64,000 nucleotides of DNA from a virus, in IMG/VR virus record IMGVR_UViG_3300031334_000002, positions 16,106 through 80,105 of that record; one strand, 5' to 3'. Below are positions 56,431 to 64,000 of the stretch, in pieces. The first letter of the stretch is position 1; every line of letters starts with the position of its first letter. Made by a program: the position numbers and the translations under genes. The notes below the pieces were generated by a model. It was not told where the DNA came from. It did not search any database and saw only the letters and a program-made list of their open reading frames with translations.

Positions 56431-58439
56431 TGGAAAAACGATTTTACAGGATATGCGAAACTTTAACCGATTACGGAAAATATGTCCCATATGATGAAGA
56501 TATATTCAAACACGTAAACCAAAGTAAACCATTCTATCAAAGTATTTACACCTATAACGAAGAACAAGTAAAAGCTGCCAAAGAAATGATTGAAGTTACC
56601 AAGAATAACAAAACAATAACAAGACCCAGAGGTATCGTTGGCGTAACTGATGTTCTATCTAAAAGACTAGTATGGGACTTCGACAGCGATGAAATAGAGA
56701 ATGCACAAAAAGATACACAACAATTAGTAGACAAACTTCAGGAGAACGGAATTTCTGAAGATTATATTGGCATTTACTTCTCAGGAAGGAAAGGATTCCA
56801 TGTAGAAATCGAGACTGACACTTTTTTAACGCCTCAACAGTTTAAAAGCATTACCTCCCATTTTGCTCAAGATCTCGAAACTTTTGACTCAGTAGTGGCT
56901 AATCCTGCAAGGATTTTCCGCATAGCTTACACAAAGCACAACTCTACTGAATTCTACAAAACTCGACTATCTCTTCAAGAGTTAAACGAGTCCTCAGTAC
57001 AGCAAGTACTGGAAATTGCCAAAGAAGCATACCAGCCAGAAGGGGTGGAGGAATTATCTTTAACTCCATCTCTTCTGGCATTTGGTAAAGAGGAAGAGAA
57101 ACCAAAGAAGCAAAAACCTAATTTGTTAGATAGGTTAAACAAGTATACTAACGGCATACATGAGGGAGATTTTAGTCTAGACCTAACAAAGAAGCCTCCT
57201 TATTTATCTAATTGGAAGTATGCAATATCACAGGGTTTATACCTTGCAGGTAGTAAACATCAAGCAAGGATGATATTGGCTGCAACCTACAAAGGACTGG
57301 GTAAGGAAAAACAAGAAGCATACTACCTACTAAAATCTGCAGCAGATATGCAAGCTATTAGGTTTAATGAAGAGAGAACGCCTAAAGAGATGATGTGGAG
57401 TGCTATTGAAGATGTCTACTGTGAGATGTGGAATGGAGGAACTTACTCAGAAGATAATTTTCCAAAAGAAATCACTAAATACTTAGAGGAATTAGAGATC
57501 CCTAGGTTCTCTGATGTAGAGATAGATGAAGACCTTATCGTTAACGTCTCCGAAGGATTTGATAACTTTTATGACTATGCAACTAAGATTGATGAAAACC
57601 GACTAAATTTTGGCATTCCATCCCTTGACAATATCTTAAAACCACAAAAAGGACATTTAATTGGATTGTTAGCTGGTCCGGGGGTGGGGAAAACTAGTCT
57701 TGCTCTAGAATTGCTTTCTAACACATCTAAAGACGGTTGTAAGAGTTTCTTTGGTTCTTATGATATGAACAGTAACATTTTGTTCCAAAAGCTCTTACAA
57801 AGGGAAACAACATTCACTGATGATGAAATTTATGACGTTTACCGAAGGGGCGATCAAGAACAGATTGATAAATTTAAACTTATTCTAGAAAAACATTACG
57901 AAAACGTAACTTTTTGTTTTAAAGTCGGTCAGAGCATTGGGGACTTAAAAAGATCTATCGCACAAAAGGAACAGACTTTAGGGGAAAAAATAGGACTAGT
58001 TGTTGTTGATTATATTGAGTTAATATTATCTGATAAATCCGACTCAACACAAGCCTCGGCTGAAGCTGCTCAAGGGTTGAGAGAAATAGCCAACTCAGGT
58101 AAGGTCGTAGTAGTGTTACTTCAACCTAATAAAATGAGCAGTAAACCTGACGAAGCTCCTAAAAGCTATAACGCAGCAAAAGGATCATCAGCTATTCCTC
58201 AAGCTGCAACATCTATGATGGGGTGCTTTAGACCTGGATATAATCCAGAAGATACCTCAATGGATAAATTCTTTGGCGTTGCTATATTAAAGAACAGAAT
58301 GGGACCGCTTGGCACTTGTTATTTTGATTGGGTTGGAGCTAGAGGTAAAATCACAGAATTAGAAGACATCCAAAAACAAGAACTATCTGAGTTTCTTGAA
58401 ATGAAGAAAGCAAATAACACAGAGGATCATGGACTATGA
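56430..58439 (+). CDS. Primase (AEP-type) - DnaB-like SF4 helicase fusion
   Basis: WDFDS and FSGRKGFH primase motifs; Walker A AGPGVGKT, VVVDY, LLQ, KNRMG. Confidence 0.85.
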   Translation: MEKRFYRICETLTDYGKYVPYDEDIFKHVNQSKPFYQSIYTYNEEQVKAAKEMIEVTKNNKTITRPRGIVGVTDVLSKRLVWDFDSDEIENAQKDTQQLVDKLQENGISEDYIGIYFSGRKGFHVEIETDTFLTPQQFKSITSHFAQDLETFDSVVANPARIFRIAYTKHNSTEFYKTRLSLQELNESSVQQVLEIAKEAYQPEGVEELSLTPSLLAFGKEEEKPKKQKPNLLDRLNKYTNGIHEGDFSLDLTKKPPYLSNWKYAISQGLYLAGSKHQARMILAATYKGLGKEKQEAYYLLKSAADMQAIRFNEERTPKEMMWSAIEDVYCEMWNGGTYSEDNFPKEITKYLEELEIPRFSDVEIDEDLIVNVSEGFDNFYDYATKIDENRLNFGIPSLDNILKPQKGHLIGLLAGPGVGKTSLALELLSNTSKDGCKSFFGSYDMNSNILFQKLLQRETTFTDDEIYDVYRRGDQEQIDKFKLILEKHYENVTFCFKVGQSIGDLKRSIAQKEQTLGEKIGLVVVDYIELILSDKSDSTQASAEAAQGLREIANSGKVVVVLLQPNKMSSKPDEAPKSYNAAKGSSAIPQAATSMMGCFRPGYNPEDTSMDKFFGVAILKNRMGPLGTCYFDWVGARGKITELEDIQKQELSEFLEMKKANNTEDHGL

Positions 58440-58630
58440 ATAACGTTGTAAATTTATTACACAAAGACGAAGAAGACTCGACAAATGAAACTCAACATGT
58501 TAATATTGATTTACTGGACAACGGATACGTTGTTCACGTAACTACTGAGGCTAATGAGAGCAAGTTGGTATTTTCTTACAATGAACGAGTAGAAATGATG
58601 AAATATCTTGAGGAGGTATTGGGCGTATGA
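58436..58630 (+). CDS. Hypothetical protein
   Basis: ATGA overlaps on both sides. Confidence 0.55.
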   Translation: MNNVVNLLHKDEEDSTNETQHVNIDLLDNGYVVHVTTEANESKLVFSYNERVEMMKYLEEVLGV

Positions 58631-59259
58631 TTAAAGTGCAATATGTAGACCATATGGGAGATGACCTGCGAGTTGTAAACTCTGCAAGAATCTCTATGGG
58701 GAAATCAACAGACATTTTAGAGAAGAAAGATGAGAAACTTATAAAATACCTAGCAGATCATTCACATATGACACCTTTTGAACATAATATCCTCACAGTT
58801 ATCATTGAATGTCCTTTGGATATCAGAACTCAATTGATTCGACACAGAACATTCAGCTTCAATGAAGTGAGTAGGAGATATACGTCAGAGGATATCGAAT
58901 TGTTTACTGAATCTAAGTTCAGGAAGCAACATAAATCTTCCAAGCAATGTTCAGATGGAGAACTTTCAGATGAAGACCAATTGAAAGCTCAGGTTATTGA
59001 ACAAGATATACATAGAAAATGTATGGACGCTTTTCAGGCTCTCCTTGATATCGGAGTATCCAGAGAGCAGGCTAGGAGAAAGTTGCCTATTGGGATGATG
59101 ACTAAATTCTACATGACGGGGAACCTGAGAAACTGGTCACACTTTTTAAAACTAAGATTGGATAGTCATGCCCAAGAGGAAGCTCAAATTGTGGCTAGAC
59201 AAGTTAGGGATATCCTAGTTGACAAGTTCCCTTTTTCTGGTAAGTTGTTACTAAAGTGA
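58627..59259 (+). CDS. thyX: Flavin-dependent thymidylate synthase
   Basis: H.TPFEH, QLIRHRTFSFNEVSRRY, REQAR, GNLRNW.HFLKLR...HAQ.E. Confidence 0.95.
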   Translation: MIKVQYVDHMGDDLRVVNSARISMGKSTDILEKKDEKLIKYLADHSHMTPFEHNILTVIIECPLDIRTQLIRHRTFSFNEVSRRYTSEDIELFTESKFRKQHKSSKQCSDGELSDEDQLKAQVIEQDIHRKCMDAFQALLDIGVSREQARRKLPIGMMTKFYMTGNLRNWSHFLKLRLDSHAQEEAQIVARQVRDILVDKFPFSGKLLLK

Positions 59260-59287
59260 TTGACAATATCATAACTTCTGTTAAAAT
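59260..59287 (+). promoter_or_regulatory. sigma70 promoter
   Basis: TTGACA-16-TAAAAT with extended -10 TG. Confidence 0.6.
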
Positions 59288-59380
59288 ATTATTATGTTCG
59301 ATAGTTGGTCACAATTGGGAACATTTTAAGAATAGTGCAGTCTGTTCCAGATGTGGACTAATTTTAACTAAGGTTAAAAA

Positions 59381-59710
59381 ATGAAACTAACAGAAATTGA
59401 ATACTATAGACTAACAGTAGTCCTTCTTGAAAAAAAGCTAACTTACAATGATATGTTAACGTGGCTAGAAACCAAAGACCTAAAACTTAACGGTATACCT
59501 AGGGCTTTAATTGGAATAGGAGAAGGTGAAAGGGTCATAGAAAGGATTCGAGAAATGACAAACACTTGTTACGCATGTAAAATTAATTGCGGAAACGATA
59601 ACTGTTTTACCAATCGAGATAACCCTAAATATTACATATTCGATAATGACAGAGAGGACATTCAATTACTAGAAAAACTACGAAAACAAAAGAAAGCTGG
59701 AAATGAGTAA
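59381..59710 (+). CDS. Hypothetical protein
   Basis: AAGG RBS; Cys cluster. Confidence 0.5.
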   Translation: MKLTEIEYYRLTVVLLEKKLTYNDMLTWLETKDLKLNGIPRALIGIGEGERVIERIREMTNTCYACKINCGNDNCFTNRDNPKYYIFDNDREDIQLLEKLRKQKKAGNE

Positions 59711-59840
59711 ACTCGAAAAGTGTATCATAAAAAACGATCGGATACGTAAGATACAAAGTCTAGTTGACTGGACTATGTGTATTATATTTATAACAAGTAC
59801 TATTTCATTATGGGTACTTATCATATCAACGGTTCTATGA
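59703..59840 (+). CDS. Small membrane protein (45 aa)
   Basis: C-terminal TM helix; ATGA overlap with next gene. Confidence 0.5.
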   Translation: MSKLEKCIIKNDRIRKIQSLVDWTMCIIFITSTISLWVLIISTVL

Positions 59841-60139
59841 CCTCCGTATTAGGAGCTGTAGGCTCTCTTCTCCTTGCCCTATGCGCCCTACCAGAAGTAA
59901 TTTCAAGTATCCGTAAGGGCTATTGTGGAGCCTCTAATGGGTTGTTATTTACATGGCTGCTAGGGGAATGTCTAACCTTAGCGTACGTATACTTAACCTC
60001 AAAAGATATTTTCCTCTTGCTAAACTATGGAACTAATGTTATCTTAATCTTGGTGCTAGTTTTTTACAAAACTAAGCCGGTGAAGTTTCAACCTAACAAA
60101 ACGATTAGTAATTTCCTAGCTCTAAAGGAGCGTAAATGA
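59837..60139 (+). CDS. PQ-loop/SemiSWEET-like 3-TM protein
   Basis: LG..GS.LLA.CALPEV..S.R....G.S...L..W..GE...LLNY..N; start re-assigned to 59837. Confidence 0.65.
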   Translation: MTSVLGAVGSLLLALCALPEVISSIRKGYCGASNGLLFTWLLGECLTLAYVYLTSKDIFLLLNYGTNVILILVLVFYKTKPVKFQPNKTISNFLALKERK

Positions 60140-60522
60140 CAATAGATTGTCCCGTATGTGATCATAACTTTGAACCTGAAACTGACGCAGAAGGGAAATG
60201 TTACTGTCCTAGCTGTGGGACTGGTATGATGTTACTCAATTCTTCTACTGGAGGTTTTGATTATACTAATGATTTTTCTGACTGTTACCTTGAATCGGCT
60301 ATCATAGAGAATGAAGTCAAGAACATAGATGATACTCACTTAGAGGATGAAATAGCTCAAGAGATGGCAATAGGAACTTACATGAAAGGTACTGAGTGTA
60401 TATTTCAAGAAATGTCTAGTGTGGGTTATATGGCATATGATACCAGAAAGAAAGCTGAAGGTGTGTATATATTAATGCATAGTAGATTATGGTTTAAGGG
60501 GTTTAAAAATGAACATCATTGA
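60136..60522 (+). CDS. Zinc-ribbon hypothetical protein
   Basis: CPVC...CPSC. Confidence 0.55.
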   Translation: MTIDCPVCDHNFEPETDAEGKCYCPSCGTGMMLLNSSTGGFDYTNDFSDCYLESAIIENEVKNIDDTHLEDEIAQEMAIGTYMKGTECIFQEMSSVGYMAYDTRKKAEGVYILMHSRLWFKGFKNEHH

Positions 60523-60914
60523 AACTGACGAATTTGAGGAGTACTGAAAAGACTTTAACCAAGAATCACATACTGGTTTACCTATTTTTACTGAAGGCGA
60601 CAAGGTTCTTGCTAAAGAAATCTGGGATCACCAAGAAAGTAAAACTTGGAAAGAAGTGACAGAACTAGGTAGTTGTTATGTCGAGATGGAAAAAGAACAA
60701 CAAAAGAAAATCGACGAGCTAGAAAAAGAGATTTATTGGTTTAATCAGATATTATCAGGTCACATTAAAAGATGTTGTTGAAAAGCTCACTCAAGTCACC
60801 AAAGAGAATGTTGCACGGAAGACTTGTCTGGAATTCTACATAAACGAAAATACAGATATCATCGCAGTAAAAGCTATACAATGTGAAGAGAAAATAAAAA
60901 AGGACAAAAAATGA
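60509..60914 (+). pseudogene. Disrupted ORF (in-frame TGA and homopolymer frameshift)
   Basis: MNIIETDEFEEY*KDFNQE...; removing one A at 60723-60727 restores a frame ending in ATGA overlap with the 60911 gene. Confidence 0.45.
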
Positions 60915-61339
60915 GAATTATTAGGATAGGTATATTATTAAGTATAGCTATATTTGCTATCCATTTTAATAGTTGTGGGACTCCCGTAAACAAAAACGTA
61001 AAAGACAAAGTTAAATCATTTGAAGAATTAACTGGGAGAAAGATCACTAGTCGCATACGTTTCGCTAACCTAAAAGGTAGAACTGTTGGATTATGTATCT
61101 ACGGTCTAAATCACGTATACCTTGATAAGGTATATTACGACTCGGCAAGTGATATACAAAGAACTGCTCTTATTTACCACGAATTGGGACATTGTGAATG
61201 CTTATCAGGTCATGTAGACCCTAAAGAATTTTCTTTTTGTCCTGATAGCATTATGAATGCCACTACCACAACAGACTGGTGTAACCGAATTAAGTGGAAT
61301 CAATACAAAACAGACCTAAGGAAAAGATGTCAGAAATAA
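60911..61339 (+). CDS. Exported/lipoprotein zinc metalloprotease-like protein
   Basis: Hydrophobic N-terminus with FNSC; HELGHCECLSGH zincin motif and SIM Met-turn. Confidence 0.7.
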   Translation: MRIIRIGILLSIAIFAIHFNSCGTPVNKNVKDKVKSFEELTGRKITSRIRFANLKGRTVGLCIYGLNHVYLDKVYYDSASDIQRTALIYHELGHCECLSGHVDPKEFSFCPDSIMNATTTTDWCNRIKWNQYKTDLRKRCQK

Positions 61340-63780
61340 TATTTGGCAAAGATAAAACAAAAGGCATAGTTGCAGCCGAAGTTGTTGAAGATTATGTCGT
61401 TTGTTTAACTAACGAAGAGGATCAAATTTACTTTCCATTAATCTATTGGGTTCTTACTAGGTTTCCTACAAAAAACTCCCAGCCTTTAACAGGTAAGAAT
61501 CATTACCGACATATCGTCACATTCGATAATAGGAAAGAATGGCAACTCTTTCTCAAAAAAGCAAGATCTAAACGTGTTGACTTCTACACTATATATAATG
61601 AAATTGAATCCGCAATGCTCTATTATGGGTTCACCTTTTTCAAGGATATTAAAATTGAAGAGGTTTCTGTTCTTTCTTTTGATATTGAGGCTAATGGTCT
61701 TGTTCGAGATCATACCTCTGAAACTTTCGTTATAACTAATACCTACAGAAATAGAAAGGGTGAAACATCCAAGAAACAATTTATACTTGATGATCGTGGT
61801 CAGGAATTAATGATTGCTGAATGGTGTGATTGGGTTAGAGAAGTAGACCCTGACTTTATCACAGGTCATAACATAAACGGATACGATTTACCCTACTTAG
61901 AGCACTGTTCAGGAAATGGTCTTAAATTAGGTAGGGATGATAGTTACATTTCATTCCGTGACAGAAGCTCTAATTACCGAGTAGACGGCTCTCAAACTTG
62001 GGAGTATAATAAGATAACATGCTATGGTCGTGGAGTGATTGACGGTATGTTTCTAGCTGTTAAACACGACATTGGTAGGAACTATCCAAGCTGGGGTTTG
62101 AAAACTATTGCTGAGTATGAAGGTTTTGTTAGTGAAGATCGTCAGTTTTACGATGCAAGTCTTATTGGTAAAAACTGGCACATACCTGAAGAAAGAGAAA
62201 AGATTATTAATTACTGTGAAGACGATTCTGATGATTCATTGAAAGTCTTCGACCTGATGGCTCCATCGTTCTTCTATATGTGTCAATCCATACCTAAACC
62301 GTTCCAACTAGTAACTGAATCTGCATCTGGTAGTTGGTTAAATGCTATACTAGTTAGGTCTTATCTACAAAAAGGACATTCAATACCTAAGGCTAGCGAA
62401 AAGGAATACGTTGGTGGGGGTATGAGTTGGGGAAATCCCGGTTTATACACTAACGTATCTAAATGGGATGCTGCTTCATTCTACCCTAGCACAATTCTTG
62501 CTTTTAATCTCTATGATAGAAAGAAAGATCCTGACGGACATTATTATGAAATGATCGAATACTTTACCAATAAAAGATTTGAACAGAAAGCAAAATATAA
62601 AGAAACAGGTGATAAATATTACGATGATATGCAAGCCTCAAGCAAAGTTTTTATAAATTCCGGTTATGGGCTGATGGGAACTAGCGGTCTGAATTTTAAT
62701 AATTTTAGCATAGCTCAAGAGATTACTAAGTGTTGTCGGAAAGGTTTACAAAAATGTATAGTCTGGGCAACAGGGAAAAATGTTAACGAATGGTGGGGTG
62801 TAGATGAAAAACTATACAAAATCATAGAATTTCCTAAAGCTGACATGTGGAAAATGACTAAAAAATATGAAGAATTCATTGAAGTGATCGAGGACGGAGA
62901 AATAATTAAAGCATGGGTTCCTAAAGGAAAAACAGGAAAAGATTGGAAAGTTTGTTATAAACACAGTAAAGCTGCCAAGCAAGATTATCCCAACTTTGAT
63001 CACATTGACACAATGGCTAAAGTTAAATTCGATGAGATGAACAGACACGATTGGGTCTTAGTAAATATTGATACTGACGCTCTTGCCTTCGCTAAAAAAG
63101 ACGGATCTGAGTTTACAAAAGAACAGAATAAATACATTGAAGAATGTATAAATAATATAATGTATTCAAGATGGGAAGCTGATGGCGAGTTTGATAAGTT
63201 CTTGGTAGTTAAGGCTAAGAATTATGTAATGCAAGAGAAAGGAGAAACTAAATATAAATACAAAGGAAGCAGTTTAACGGACCAAAAGAAAGAACCAGCT
63301 CTCATAGAACTACTTCAGGTCATGATAGATAAGATAATGCACAGTAGACCAGACGAGTTGTCAGAAGTATATAACGACTATATTCGAGAAGTTAAAGAAA
63401 TTAAAGACATATTTCGATGGTCGGTTAAGAAAAGCGTAACTTCTTCAGTTCTTAACCCTGAACGAGCCAACGAACAAAAGGTTTTAGACGCTCTCACTGG
63501 ACTAGAAGTTCAAGAAGGAGATAAATATTACATGTTTTCTGATATCGATGGTCAGATTCAGCAAGTTCAAAAAGGAGAGCTTGTGTTTCTGAAAAGCGGA
63601 AAACCTAAAATGATCGATAATCGAATACTCCGACTTGCTGAAAATTATGCAGGTTCTTATGATTTACTTCACTACCTAGAAAGAGTCTATAAGACTGTAG
63701 ATATTTTAAATACAGTTGTTGACATGGATCTTTTTACGAAGTATAGTAAAAGCAAGTTAAAACTATTGGAGGAATTATGA
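61327..63780 (+). CDS. Family B DNA polymerase
   Basis: Exo I SFDIE, Exo II GHNINGYD, Exo III YCEDD; motif A WDAASFYPS, motif B KVFINSGYG, motif C IDTD. Confidence 0.9.
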   Translation: MSEIIFGKDKTKGIVAAEVVEDYVVCLTNEEDQIYFPLIYWVLTRFPTKNSQPLTGKNHYRHIVTFDNRKEWQLFLKKARSKRVDFYTIYNEIESAMLYYGFTFFKDIKIEEVSVLSFDIEANGLVRDHTSETFVITNTYRNRKGETSKKQFILDDRGQELMIAEWCDWVREVDPDFITGHNINGYDLPYLEHCSGNGLKLGRDDSYISFRDRSSNYRVDGSQTWEYNKITCYGRGVIDGMFLAVKHDIGRNYPSWGLKTIAEYEGFVSEDRQFYDASLIGKNWHIPEEREKIINYCEDDSDDSLKVFDLMAPSFFYMCQSIPKPFQLVTESASGSWLNAILVRSYLQKGHSIPKASEKEYVGGGMSWGNPGLYTNVSKWDAASFYPSTILAFNLYDRKKDPDGHYYEMIEYFTNKRFEQKAKYKETGDKYYDDMQASSKVFINSGYGLMGTSGLNFNNFSIAQEITKCCRKGLQKCIVWATGKNVNEWWGVDEKLYKIIEFPKADMWKMTKKYEEFIEVIEDGEIIKAWVPKGKTGKDWKVCYKHSKAAKQDYPNFDHIDTMAKVKFDEMNRHDWVLVNIDTDALAFAKKDGSEFTKEQNKYIEECINNIMYSRWEADGEFDKFLVVKAKNYVMQEKGETKYKYKGSSLTDQKKEPALIELLQVMIDKIMHSRPDELSEVYNDYIREVKEIKDIFRWSVKKSVTSSVLNPERANEQKVLDALTGLEVQEGDKYYMFSDIDGQIQQVQKGELVFLKSGKPKMIDNRILRLAENYAGSYDLLHYLERVYKTVDILNTVVDMDLFTKYSKSKLKLLEEL

Positions 63781-63953
63781 CAAAGGAAAATACTAAATTA
63801 GAAAAGATAACAAAATATCTGTTAGAGGAAATAAAAATTCAGAAGATTATTATCTCTTAGAAAAAGGATCTGAAATAGCGAAATTAGCAAAGGGGGATTT
63901 GGACATGTGTGAAATAAAAGACATCCTAAAAGAAGTTTACAACAAGGGTAAAA

Positions 63954-64000
63954 ATGAAAACTAAATTTAAGAAACTATCACCAGATGCAACAATCCCACA
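63954..64000 (+). CDS. Probable dUTPase, N-terminus only
   Basis: MKTKFKKLSPDATIP resembles trimeric dUTPase N-termini; truncated by window. Confidence 0.55.
   Translation, partial: MKTKFKKLSPDATIP

Noticed and set aside
32014-60547. Stop-codon reassignment
   Set aside because: The apparent premature stops are of three types (TAG, TAA, TGA), all three terminate normal genes, and long genes are intact under code 11
1-64000. Prophage or lysogeny module
   Set aside because: No integrase, CI/Cro-type switch or flanking host genes recognised; the rest of the genome is outside the window, so lifestyle is not settled

Overview
AT-rich dsDNA tailed-phage genome segment with podovirus-like architecture; no integrase was seen. 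Left half (1-32,000, minus strand) is a late morphogenesis operon: small/large terminase, portal, scaffold, major capsid, a ~13 kb block of beta-rich fibre/decoration proteins, adaptor and nozzle-like tail proteins, a GNAT protein and ejection proteins (one with a lysozyme/transglycosylase-like domain). A recurring motif TAACAACTAG precedes these genes as a candidate late promoter. A largely non-coding control region at ~34,100-36,400 holds a C-rich tract, four co-oriented IHF-consensus sites and, most strikingly, nine sigma54-type -24/-12 elements (GG-N10-GC), including three head-to-head pairs. This could be an RpoN decoy or docking array near a likely genome end. Right half (plus strand) has early genes in cassettes, most with their own sigma70 promoter, then host-takeover/anti-defence genes (SAM lyase-like, rIIA/rIIB-like, PhaR-like, a NARP1-type Prs-like + NAMPT-like pair with an intein, macrodomain), then recombination/replication genes (PD-(D/E)XK nuclease, ERF, primase-helicase, ThyX, family B DNA polymerase, start of dUTPase) and an atypical tRNA-His. 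All calls come from motif recognition by eye; no database search was run.
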